Shown here piece after piece: positions 19,850 to 28,992 of a DNA stretch of 64,000 nucleotides. This stretch comes from a virus. Its lineage: Duplodnaviria; Heunggongvirae; Uroviricota; Caudoviricetes. The notes beneath the pieces are model-generated. The model made no database searches and was not told where the DNA came from. It saw nothing but the letters and a program-made list of their open reading frames with translations. The first letter of the stretch is position 1; each line of letters opens with the position of its first letter. Made by a program: the position numbers and the translations under genes. Location of the stretch: the IMG/VR virus record IMGVR_UViG_3300000304_000005, positions 1 to 64,000 of that record; one strand, written 5' to 3'.

Positions 19850-20611
19850 ATGAGATTTAAAAATCTTTTAGGTGAAAAATTTGGGAATGTAACGATAGTT
19901 GAGCAATTACCGGACCACTATACTTCTGGCGGTAAGAAGATTCATAAATGGCGCGGAGTATGTGATTGTGGAAGATGTGATTATGTTCGTGGTTCGACAA
20001 CTGATTTTACAAGTGGTAAAATTTGGAGATGTATGTATTGCGTTAGAGATGATGCTGCTAAGAGAATGAGTGAAAGAAATAAAAAATATAATACATATGA
20101 CTTATCTAGGGAATATGGAGTTGGCTACACCTCTAAAGGAGAAGAATTTTGGTTTGACCTAGAGGATTATGATAAAATAAAAGATTATTGTTGGTATAAG
20201 CATCATCAATATTTTGAAGCTAAGATTCCTAATAATAAAAATGATAAACATATAGCGTTACATAAATTAATTATGGACGATATTGATAATGAGTACGATA
20301 TTGACCATATTAAAACAGAATATAAACACGATAATAGAAAGTTAAATTTACGCAAAGTTAACAGACGGCAAAATAATCAAAATGCAAAATTAAAAAAGAG
20401 TAATACATCGAGCGTTACTGGTGTTTACTGGCATAAAAGAGATGAACATTGGGTTGCATCTATTAGAACCAAAGATAAATATTATCAAAAATATTTTGAT
20501 ACGTTTGATGCTGCTGTTGCTCAAAGAAAACAATGGGAAAATGATTTTTTCGGAGAGTATTGCTACGATAATTCTCAAAAGTTATATAAAGAGCTGTCAA
20601 AAACAAATTAA
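19850..20611 (+). CDS. HNH-AP2 type homing endonuclease
   Basis: HNH region IDHIKTEYKHDNRKLNLRKVNRRQN. C-terminal AP2-like TGVYWHKRDEHWVASIRTKDKYYQKYFDTFDAAVAQRKQWE. Paralog of 28204 and of pseudogene 35457. Confidence 0.55.
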   Translation: MRFKNLLGEKFGNVTIVEQLPDHYTSGGKKIHKWRGVCDCGRCDYVRGSTTDFTSGKIWRCMYCVRDDAAKRMSERNKKYNTYDLSREYGVGYTSKGEEFWFDLEDYDKIKDYCWYKHHQYFEAKIPNNKNDKHIALHKLIMDDIDNEYDIDHIKTEYKHDNRKLNLRKVNRRQNNQNAKLKKSNTSSVTGVYWHKRDEHWVASIRTKDKYYQKYFDTFDAAVAQRKQWENDFFGEYCYDNSQKLYKELSKTN

Positions 20612-20612
20612 T

Positions 20613-20622
20613 AAGGTTATAT
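20613..20622 (+). promoter_or_regulatory. AAGGTTATAT promoter-like motif (copy 4)
   Basis: Exact 10-mer 24 nt upstream of 20646. Confidence 0.4.
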
Positions 20623-20645
20623 GTTATTAAGAAAGGTGTAGGAGT

Positions 20646-21803
20646 ATGGCGTTTGGAAAGCGAAATTCAATTAATCTTGATATTTTAAGTTATAACATCA
20701 TGTTGCTTGGAGAAAGTGGTGCTGGAAAAACTTCTCTTATTAATGATGTATGCACTAAATATACCGGGAATCCCGAATCAGCTCTATTTCTTGAAATCGG
20801 ATTGGAAAGAGGGGCAGATTCTATTTCGGGAATTAATTATATTAACTGTCCTGAATGGGATATGGATTATGATGAATTCGATAATGCAGCAGGGTTTTAT
20901 ACTGTATGTGAAGATATTATCGAAAATAAAACAGCTGAATATCCAGACCTTAAAGTTGTTGTATGGGACACCCTCGACCAATTAATTAGCGTAACCGAAT
21001 CTGAGGTTATCCGCATGTGGAACCGCGAATGTCGTGCGGCGGGGCATCCCGAGAAGGCGGCAAAAACTATTAATGGTTGTTATTCCGGTTATGGTCGTGG
21101 CGAAAAGAAGGCAATTGAAATGATGCTTGATGTTATGAATCGTCTACGTCGCGTCGGTGTTGCAACCATTATTATCGGCCATGTTAAAACAAAATCTATC
21201 GAAGACCCATTAACAGGACAATCATATCAGATTCTTACTTCAGACCAACAGCAGAATTATTTTAATGCTATCAAGAAAAACCTTCATTTCCTTGGTCTTC
21301 TTTATATTGACCGCGAGCTTGCAGCAGAGAAGACTGGAAAGAAAGTGTTTGGCACCAATAAGGATGAAACGATAAATCGTATTGTTGGTGAAACACGCAA
21401 AGTTCGTTTCCGTGATGACGGAGCCGTAGTTGATTGTAAGTCTCGTTTTGCTGATATCGTTCCTGAAATTGATTGTGACGCAGAACAATTTATCAATGCT
21501 ATCGAAGACGCAATTAAATCAGAGCAGGCAAAATCAGGTGTATCTCTAGACGAAGCAAAGAAAAAGCAGGCAAAGCACGAAGCAGAACTCGAAGCTCGTG
21601 TAGCAAAAAATGAATCTGTAGCAAAATCTCAGAAGGAACTTGATAATATTATTGATGAGATTGTGTCTTATTTCACTGAGAACAAATCTGATATAGATAA
21701 GATTAAACCGGTTTTAAAGAAGATTAAGGATGAGGGTTATTCTAATCCAAAAGATATCGATGACATTGATTTCGCAAAGAAAATTCTTGACATGTGCAAG
21801 TAA
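20646..21803 (+). CDS. AAA_24 / Sak4-like recombination ATPase
   Basis: Walker A LLGESGAGKTSL. Walker B-like VVVWDTLD. C-terminal coiled-coil. Confidence 0.45.
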   Translation: MAFGKRNSINLDILSYNIMLLGESGAGKTSLINDVCTKYTGNPESALFLEIGLERGADSISGINYINCPEWDMDYDEFDNAAGFYTVCEDIIENKTAEYPDLKVVVWDTLDQLISVTESEVIRMWNRECRAAGHPEKAAKTINGCYSGYGRGEKKAIEMMLDVMNRLRRVGVATIIIGHVKTKSIEDPLTGQSYQILTSDQQQNYFNAIKKNLHFLGLLYIDRELAAEKTGKKVFGTNKDETINRIVGETRKVRFRDDGAVVDCKSRFADIVPEIDCDAEQFINAIEDAIKSEQAKSGVSLDEAKKKQAKHEAELEARVAKNESVAKSQKELDNIIDEIVSYFTENKSDIDKIKPVLKKIKDEGYSNPKDIDDIDFAKKILDMCK

Positions 21804-21858
21804 ATCGTTATGATTTAATGATGTGGCTTGAGGTACTATATGTATCTCAAGCCACTAA

Positions 21859-21919
21859 AAATTCACACGAACGTATAAATCAAGATAAATAACTGATATT
21901 TTTATGCGTTCATGTGAAT
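21859..21919. promoter_or_regulatory. 13-bp inverted repeat (AATTCACACGAACG ... CGTTCATGTGAATT), candidate operator
   Basis: Seen directly. Flanks an AT-rich spacer just upstream of the start at 21924. Confidence 0.3.
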
Positions 21920-21923
21920 TTTC

Positions 21924-22388
21924 ATGGAGGTTATTATGGCTCAAAAATATCCATCTATGACTAAAGAAGAAAAAGAAGATTGGTATGCTCTCGATGATTA
22001 TGTTCGCCATAATGTAATGGGATATACAGACCAAGGATTAAACAAGAGAATGGTATATCGCCTAAAAGGATTGCGATACGGACAATATATAGCAAACAAT
22101 AACGCTCGCAAATGCTCCAATTATTCATTCAAAACAATCTTAAATACATTTAAAGCATGTTCGTTAAAGATTAAAAATGGCTTACAAGGAAAACATTTTG
22201 CAGATGAGAATCAAAAATTTAATTATATCATGGCGATTATTGATAATAATATTGCCGATGTAAGAACACGCGAGATATATCTAGAAAAATCACAAGACGA
22301 AATGGAAAAGAAAGATATTGAAACTCCTATAACTAAGAGCAACTACAAACCAAAAGCTAAGGAATATAAGTTTTCTGATTTGTGGTAA
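21924..22388 (+). CDS. hypothetical protein
   Basis: 154-aa ORF. Confidence 0.35.
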   Translation: MEVIMAQKYPSMTKEEKEDWYALDDYVRHNVMGYTDQGLNKRMVYRLKGLRYGQYIANNNARKCSNYSFKTILNTFKACSLKIKNGLQGKHFADENQKFNYIMAIIDNNIADVRTREIYLEKSQDEMEKKDIETPITKSNYKPKAKEYKFSDLW

Positions 22389-22406
22389 GGAGGTTGCTGT
22401 AAATAA

Positions 22407-23891
22407 ATGGCAGAAATCAATAAGAAAAAAAAGACCGCTGTGCAAGAGCAAAAAGAAACCATTGCCAAAAAAGTATTGCAATACAAACTTGGCAGCGAGG
22501 CTTCCGTTGTTGCCATGATGTTTGAAGACCCAAACCTGCTTAAAGAATCAAATCTTACAGAAAATGATTTTCATACTGAATGGTGGAAGGTATACTTTAG
22601 AATTTTAACCGGCATCGTTATTACAGAAGAAAAAGAATATGCATCAGAAGTAGATATCGGATTATATCTAAATAAACATCCAGAGCAAAAGAAAAGATAT
22701 GATGAATATGGTGGCTATGAAACAATTAAACGAGCTAAAGAAACGGTAAACATTAAAAACTTTGATGGATATCTTAAAGATTTACGCAAATGGAATGTAG
22801 TACTTAAGATGATTGGGAGAGGTTTTCCGTGCGATGACGGAATGCTTTCTAAATTTTGCGATATGTCCGTAGAAGATATCTATGATGAATATACGGTGTA
22901 TCTTAACGATATCTTTTCAAACGTTGACAATAACATTCAAGCATATAACGGTTTTGATGAAATGCGAGAACTGATTGATGAGCTTGACAGCGGTGTTGGA
23001 CAGGGTATTCCGTTTGCAAATTGCGATATCCTTAATGCTGAAACTGGCGGTATGCTTGGTGGTAACATTATTGGTATCGGTGCAAGTTCTGGTGTTGGTA
23101 AATCAACTTTAAGCATTAACTATATTTTCCCGTCTATGGTGAAATATAATATGCGTGCAGTTTTTATTATCAATGAGGAAGACCAGACCAAGTTCAAAAA
23201 AGAAGCATTGATTTGGTGCTGTACGAATATATTGAAAAAGCCAATTCAGAAAAAGATTCTGCGCGATGGCGGATTCGATAACGAAACAAGAAATACTTTA
23301 TATGAAGCAGCAGAATGGTTTGAGAAACAAAAAGATAATCATAACATCACAATTATCCCCCTAGAACAATATACTGCTCGAACAGTCATTAAGCTTATTA
23401 AGAAATACAGCAAGATGAATTATGATGTAATTGTTCTTGATACATTAAAAGAAAGTTATGATTCGCGCAACAAAGAATCTTGGAAATCGTTGATGACAGA
23501 TTGCGTTGATTTTTACGACTGCATTAAGCATACGAATACATGTATGGTGATTACATATCAGCTTGTAAAAAACAAAAGCAGATATCTAAGCAACGCAGAC
23601 ATTGGTATTTCAAAGGGAATCCTAGATGTATTCAGTGTTAATATCTTTTTCCGTAGGCCATTCAAAACAGAGTTTAAGGGAGAAAGAGAATCTTTATATT
23701 GCTATAAATTTGAAGGCGATTCAAAAAAGTCTAAGGTTGCATTTACATTAGACAAGGAGAAGCACTATATGATTGGTTTTATCAGTAAAAACCGATTTGG
23801 TCAAAGTGATATTCAGATAGTAAGTGAAGCAGATTTTTCTATCAATAAATATCAAGATATAGGTTATTGTATGGTACCGCAGGATTTCTAG
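22407..23891 (+). CDS. DnaB-like replicative helicase
   Basis: RecA-fold C-domain with Walker A GIGASSGVGKSTL, Walker B VIVLDTL, and arginine finger region. Confidence 0.5.
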   Translation: MAEINKKKKTAVQEQKETIAKKVLQYKLGSEASVVAMMFEDPNLLKESNLTENDFHTEWWKVYFRILTGIVITEEKEYASEVDIGLYLNKHPEQKKRYDEYGGYETIKRAKETVNIKNFDGYLKDLRKWNVVLKMIGRGFPCDDGMLSKFCDMSVEDIYDEYTVYLNDIFSNVDNNIQAYNGFDEMRELIDELDSGVGQGIPFANCDILNAETGGMLGGNIIGIGASSGVGKSTLSINYIFPSMVKYNMRAVFIINEEDQTKFKKEALIWCCTNILKKPIQKKILRDGGFDNETRNTLYEAAEWFEKQKDNHNITIIPLEQYTARTVIKLIKKYSKMNYDVIVLDTLKESYDSRNKESWKSLMTDCVDFYDCIKHTNTCMVITYQLVKNKSRYLSNADIGISKGILDVFSVNIFFRRPFKTEFKGERESLYCYKFEGDSKKSKVAFTLDKEKHYMIGFISKNRFGQSDIQIVSEADFSINKYQDIGYCMVPQDF

Positions 23892-23910
23892 GTGTGGTAT
23901 AATAACAGCC

Positions 23911-23920
23911 AAGGTTATAT
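23911..23920 (+). promoter_or_regulatory. AAGGTTATAT promoter-like motif (copy 5)
   Basis: Exact 10-mer upstream of the primase gene. Confidence 0.4.
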
Positions 23921-23944
23921 GCGATGTGAGGTGATGAAAGCACA

Positions 23945-25024
23945 ATGGACATTCAATCGCTAAAAAAATATATTCATGATGAACATAAAATTGAATATGT
24001 GCTTTCATCACTTGGTTGTCACAATATTAAACATAATGAAAAAGGAATATGTTATTATGCGGCACATAAAGATGGCGATAACCCAAAAGGTATTGTTATT
24101 TATGACACTGATTATTTAAATTATATTAGTTATTCTCGAAATGTAGCGCCTAATGATAAACAAGATATCATTAGTTTGATTCAATATACAAATAAAATGG
24201 GTTTTGTTGATGCTTTAAAATGGCTGCATAAACTATTAAACATTAAATGGGGAGCATATACAAAGCCAACAAAAAAGCGAAATATGTCCGAGGAAATATT
24301 ATCTGTATTTGAAAATGCTGTTAAACCGAGAACGGTTATTGATGCTGAAGATATTCACGAAATTGACGAAGAAGCCATTAATGATTATGTTCCAATGCTA
24401 CATGTCGATTGGTTTAAAGAGGGCATCATGCCATGGACACGTAAAAAATTCGGACTATGTTATTCGTATAAATACAATCGAATGGTAGTTCCGCTTCGAT
24501 ATTGGGCAGATGGTTCTTTGCTTGGATTCAATCAGAGAACTATGATTTCCAACTGGAAAGAACTTGGTATATCTAAATATTTCACAACCCCCAGTTATCA
24601 AAAGAGATTGAATCTATATGGACTTTGGGAGAACAAAGAATATATAGAAAAGAAAAAGCGTTGCGTGATTGTTGAAGCAGAAAAAAGCGTACTCAAAAGA
24701 GATTCTATTGGTGATTGTACATTGATTGCATTACAGGGTAAGAATATCAGTGATGAACAAGTACGCATCATATCTTCATTGGATGTTAAAGAAATAATTG
24801 TTGCTCTTGATAATGATGTTGATATTAACGAGATACGATTTATATGTGAAAAGTTTTATAGGATAAGAAATGTTTCATATATTAAAGATAAATATAAATT
24901 ATTAGGAGACAAAGATAGTCCTTGCGACAAAGGAGACGATGTATATAATTATTTGTTTAAACACCGAATTAATTATGATTCTATAGAACATCAGAAACTT
25001 ATGCAATCAATGAATAACCGATAG
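23945..25024 (+). CDS. putative DNA primase (Toprim)
   Basis: Toprim-like VIVEAEKSV ... ALDNDVD acidic motifs. N-terminal Cys/His cluster. Positioned after the helicase. Confidence 0.4.
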   Translation: MDIQSLKKYIHDEHKIEYVLSSLGCHNIKHNEKGICYYAAHKDGDNPKGIVIYDTDYLNYISYSRNVAPNDKQDIISLIQYTNKMGFVDALKWLHKLLNIKWGAYTKPTKKRNMSEEILSVFENAVKPRTVIDAEDIHEIDEEAINDYVPMLHVDWFKEGIMPWTRKKFGLCYSYKYNRMVVPLRYWADGSLLGFNQRTMISNWKELGISKYFTTPSYQKRLNLYGLWENKEYIEKKKRCVIVEAEKSVLKRDSIGDCTLIALQGKNISDEQVRIISSLDVKEIIVALDNDVDINEIRFICEKFYRIRNVSYIKDKYKLLGDKDSPCDKGDDVYNYLFKHRINYDSIEHQKLMQSMNNR

Positions 25025-25033
25025 GAGAGCAAA

Positions 25034-25246
25034 ATGAAAGTTTATTTTAGAAATAGCAATGGTAAAAAAATTTTAATCGGCAACGCGAAAGATAATGACG
25101 AAGCTATGAAAGTCATTAATGAATTCTGTGATGAACGCGGATTCAAAATTTATTATACTCGTATGTGGATTGATGGCGATAATCAAAACAGAACATGGAT
25201 TGACGTAGGTGACCACCTGTGTTTCTTTCTTATTGAAAAAGATTGA
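25034..25246 (+). CDS. hypothetical protein
   Basis: 70-aa ORF with RBS GGAGAG. Confidence 0.3.
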   Translation: MKVYFRNSNGKKILIGNAKDNDEAMKVINEFCDERGFKIYYTRMWIDGDNQNRTWIDVGDHLCFFLIEKD

Positions 25247-25376
25247 TGTGGGAAGACGATTAAAAGAAGAATGCATCGGAGAAGAACATATTAATGTTCA
25301 AGGATGTTTAATGAAAATAATGCTATAATGCAATGATGTCATACAGTATTGATATGATTGATTAAAAGAGAAAGGA

Positions 25377-25814
25377 TTGATAATGAGTTATATGTGTGCA
25401 GCTTGTTCAGAAGTATATGACCAGTATTTTAGCCAGTGTCCAAAAGTAGGATGCAATGGCAGTGCAGAAGATGGTGAAATTATTTATGTAGACGAGATGT
25501 TTGCGCCAGTTATCTCTATGTTGAATAAGAAGGGATATGAGGTTAAGTCATCTTATTTTGGTAATCCAAATAATAATATGACGGGCAATCCATATATTGT
25601 TCTACATGAATTTTTATACGAAGAGTGCGGAGCAGATGAATTAAAGGATATATTTGATAAGTTGCCATCTCCTTGGAAGTTAGTGGATAAAAATGAATGT
25701 CCGACCATTGAAGCTTATGTTGGTGACCATAATAAAGTTAAACGTTTTAAGAACCTTCTCAATGCTCATATCACACTTGCTGATTTTGTAGATATGTTAC
25801 CAAAGCTTTGGTGA
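25377..25814 (+). CDS. hypothetical Zn-ribbon protein
   Basis: N-terminal CAAC...C..GC motif. Confidence 0.35.
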   Translation: MIMSYMCAACSEVYDQYFSQCPKVGCNGSAEDGEIIYVDEMFAPVISMLNKKGYEVKSSYFGNPNNNMTGNPYIVLHEFLYEECGADELKDIFDKLPSPWKLVDKNECPTIEAYVGDHNKVKRFKNLLNAHITLADFVDMLPKLW

Positions 25815-25823
25815 GGTATTTAA

Positions 25824-26984
25824 ATGTCTAGATTAAGCTTTGATGAACTTGATAAAATTAAAAAGAAATATGGAGTGTCAATCCTTTGGAGTTGGAGTCG
25901 AATAGATTCATATATAACTTCACCATACGAATATTATTTAAAGTATATTCTGCATAAAAAAGAAGATGTTCAAAACTGTGCTTATGCTCCATGTGGTTCT
26001 CTTGTTCACGATTGTCTAGAGCGGTATTATAATGGCAGCATTACTAGCGAACAGATGTTGGAAGAGTTCGAAGATGGATGGCTGACAAATATTGATATTG
26101 CAGATTTAAAGTTCGACCGTAATGATAATGCCAAGAATGAATCTATTAAAAAGAAATACAAATACGATATTGAGCATTTTTTTAAGAACCATAAACCAAT
26201 GGCAAATAAAGTTGCTACTGAGAAATTTGTAACAGCTAAGATTGGCCCTCATGTTCTTCAAGGATATATCGATGCTACATATAAAGATAATGATAAGAAT
26301 TTCTGCATTATCGACTTTAAAACCTCTACGAAATTTAGTGGTAAGAACCTTGAAGAAAAGTCTGGGCAGCTTACTGTTTATGCAATTGCTTTAACTCAAA
26401 TGGGTGTTCCTCTTGATAAGATTCGTATCGGTTTCAATATGCTTAAATATTGTACGGTTGAATATCAGCAGAAGAATGGAACGATAAAGACAAGAGATAT
26501 CGAGCGTTGTAAAATCGGTGAATCATTGCAAGCAAATGCAAAGATGTGGCTGAAAGATGTAGGATATTCTACTGATGAAATTGACGAGTATTTAAAAGGG
26601 CTTGTTGATACAAATAGCATCGATTCATTACCAAACGATGTTCGTTGTCGATATAAAATGCTTGACTGTTTTGTATGGGTTCCGTTAACGCAAAATCTTG
26701 TAGATAAATGGACAGAGGACATCGTATCAACCATCAATAAAATCCTATCTGTAGAAAAGCAATATAATCAAACTCATGATGAGATGCTATGGTGGGATGA
26801 TGATGAGCATGTAAAAACCGAGTCGTTCTATTTTGCAACTCTTTGTGGTTATTCTGCATCGATGCACAAACCATATGCTAAATATCTTGACGACATTAAC
26901 ATGGAGAGCAATAATGTTGGATTATTTAATAATAATATGGTGAATGATGATTCTGATTTATCTTGGCTAGACACCTTGTTATAA
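25824..26984 (+). CDS. PD-(D/E)xK family exonuclease (RecB/Cas4-like)
   Basis: Core motif YIDATYKDNDKNFCIIDFKTS (D...D/ExK). Confidence 0.5.
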   Translation: MSRLSFDELDKIKKKYGVSILWSWSRIDSYITSPYEYYLKYILHKKEDVQNCAYAPCGSLVHDCLERYYNGSITSEQMLEEFEDGWLTNIDIADLKFDRNDNAKNESIKKKYKYDIEHFFKNHKPMANKVATEKFVTAKIGPHVLQGYIDATYKDNDKNFCIIDFKTSTKFSGKNLEEKSGQLTVYAIALTQMGVPLDKIRIGFNMLKYCTVEYQQKNGTIKTRDIERCKIGESLQANAKMWLKDVGYSTDEIDEYLKGLVDTNSIDSLPNDVRCRYKMLDCFVWVPLTQNLVDKWTEDIVSTINKILSVEKQYNQTHDEMLWWDDDEHVKTESFYFATLCGYSASMHKPYAKYLDDINMESNNVGLFNNNMVNDDSDLSWLDTLL

Positions 26985-27020
26985 CAGAAACATTCGTTTA
27001 TTTTATGAGGGATAACAGAA

Positions 27021-27299
27021 ATGTTTATTGACTTTGACGAACAGTTTGAAATCAAAGAGTGTTCATTTGATGTTGAAAGCAATGGTCATACAGACCACCA
27101 AGTAATGCAAGCTCCAAAAATGGTCATTATCCAACAATTTCTTTCATTGATTCAACAAGCTATTAGCACAGATAGTCCTGCTAGAATCACAATGGCTACA
27201 ATGGTTCCAGTGTGGAGTGATAAAATTACAGGATATCGTAATATGAAGTCAACGCTTGAATTCAAGAACAATGCCTATCTTCATAAAGAAAATATGTAG
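27021..27299 (+). CDS. hypothetical protein
   Basis: 92-aa ORF. Confidence 0.25.
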   Translation: MFIDFDEQFEIKECSFDVESNGHTDHQVMQAPKMVIIQQFLSLIQQAISTDSPARITMATMVPVWSDKITGYRNMKSTLEFKNNAYLHKENM

Positions 27300-27342
27300 A
27301 TATTATGTAGCGACACAACAAATAAATATATATGCTATAATG

Positions 27343-27373
27343 CTGGGGAGGTTGGGAAATCAGCCTCCCCTTA
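27343..27373 (+). terminator. hairpin terminator-like element
   Basis: GGGGAGG...CCTCCCC hairpin then TTATT. TATAAT box just upstream (27336). Confidence 0.35.
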
Positions 27374-27397
27374 TTAGAATAGAGAGATGGGATATAT

Positions 27398-28201
27398 ATG
27401 GTTAATAATGATGTGCTATATAATCGACTTCAACAGCAACTTAATGAAGCACTAAATTCTAATCATAGCATCTATGATTGGTTCATAATTGCATCTAATG
27501 GCAGCATGAACTACGGTCTTGACAACGAAGATTCGGATATCGATTCAAAGCTTCTGGTGATTCCAAGCCTTCATGATTTAGTATTTAACAATCGACAGAA
27601 CTATCTGCACGAGATGTCTGATAACGACGAACATGTAGAAATTAAAGATATCGCACTATATATGAAAACAATTTTAAAGCAGAATATCAATTTTGTTGAA
27701 ACGCTATTTGCAAAATGTACAATCGTAAACCAGAAATATAAGAAGTATTGGCATGTTCTTCAAGAGCGCCGTGAAGAAATAGCGCGATATGACGAAAAAC
27801 GAGCTTGTCAATGTATGTTGGGAATGATGAAGCAGAAGCGAAAGCAAATGATAAAGCCTACTCCGGGTAGACAGAAAAGCATTGACATGATTGGATATGA
27901 CGCAAAGAGTTATCATCATCTATTGAGACTGTATTATTTTTTGAATCATTATCTTAATGGCATGAATTATGAAGATTGTCTGATTATGAGAAGTATGGAT
28001 GAACAAACAATTCTTATGGCTGCTAAAAAGGGAATATATGGTTTAAAACTAGCTATATATGACGCTGATTTAAAGATAAAAATGGCAGAAAATATTATTG
28101 CTAATTATATGTTTAATATTGATGAAAGTGAGCAAAAGCATATCGAAGGTTTAATTGATGGTGTTGTATACGGCGTTATCGAAAGAACTGTAAAGGAATA
28201 A
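27398..28201 (+). CDS. Pol-beta superfamily nucleotidyltransferase
   Basis: Motif NGS-x10-DID (IIASNGSMNYGLDNEDSDIDSKLLVIP) fits hG[GS]x9-13 Dh[DE]h. Confidence 0.45.
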   Translation: MVNNDVLYNRLQQQLNEALNSNHSIYDWFIIASNGSMNYGLDNEDSDIDSKLLVIPSLHDLVFNNRQNYLHEMSDNDEHVEIKDIALYMKTILKQNINFVETLFAKCTIVNQKYKKYWHVLQERREEIARYDEKRACQCMLGMMKQKRKQMIKPTPGRQKSIDMIGYDAKSYHHLLRLYYFLNHYLNGMNYEDCLIMRSMDEQTILMAAKKGIYGLKLAIYDADLKIKMAENIIANYMFNIDESEQKHIEGLIDGVVYGVIERTVKE

Positions 28202-28203
28202 AT

Positions 28204-28992
28204 ATGAAAGATAAATATTCCGATAGACTCGGTGAAATACAGTTGATGCATTGTGGCGATTACGCAAAGATAATTGAATATAATAGTTCTCTTGACGTGG
28301 TTGTTCAATTTCAGGATGAACATGGTTATATATGCCATGTAGAATATTGGAACTTCAAGAAAGGTCATGTAAAGAACCCCTATCATAAAAATAAATATGG
28401 TGGCTATGTTGGAGAGGGAAAATATAAATCCACAGAAAATAGAAAAGGTACTTATATATATAATGCTTGGATAAGAATGCTAGAAAGAAGTAAAAACAAG
28501 AAGTTTAAAGAGAAATTTCCTGCATATAAAGACGTAGATTGCTGTGATGAATGGCTGTGCTTTCAAAACTTCGCTGAATGGTATGAAGAAAATTATTACG
28601 AAGTTAATGGTCAATCAATGGAGGTAGATAAAGACTGGTTGCATCAAGGCAACAAAATATATTGTCCTGAATTTTGTTCTGTTGTTCCAAGTATAATTAA
28701 CTCATGTTTGCTGACACATGAGAAAACCAAAGGTAATCTTCCGATTGGCATTTCTAAAACTACAGGCAATAAATATAAGGCAAGAATAAGTATCGAAGGA
28801 AAAAGAAAAGATTTAGGAGTTTATGTTGATTTGATTGATGCATTAAATGCGTATAAGAAAGCAAAAATAGATTATGTAAAATATTTGGCAAATAAATATA
28901 GGGACGTACTTCCAAAAAAAGTATATAACCAAATGATACATTTTGATAAAAGATTCGAGGTGGAATTTCCTGAGTATGCAGCGATACATTAA
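28204..28992 (+). CDS. HNH-AP2 type homing endonuclease
   Basis: C-terminal AP2-like NKYKARISIEGKRKDLGVYVDLIDALNAYKKAK. N-terminal region paralogous to 19850. Confidence 0.45.
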   Translation: MKDKYSDRLGEIQLMHCGDYAKIIEYNSSLDVVVQFQDEHGYICHVEYWNFKKGHVKNPYHKNKYGGYVGEGKYKSTENRKGTYIYNAWIRMLERSKNKKFKEKFPAYKDVDCCDEWLCFQNFAEWYEENYYEVNGQSMEVDKDWLHQGNKIYCPEFCSVVPSIINSCLLTHEKTKGNLPIGISKTTGNKYKARISIEGKRKDLGVYVDLIDALNAYKKAKIDYVKYLANKYRDVLPKKVYNQMIHFDKRFEVEFPEYAAIH

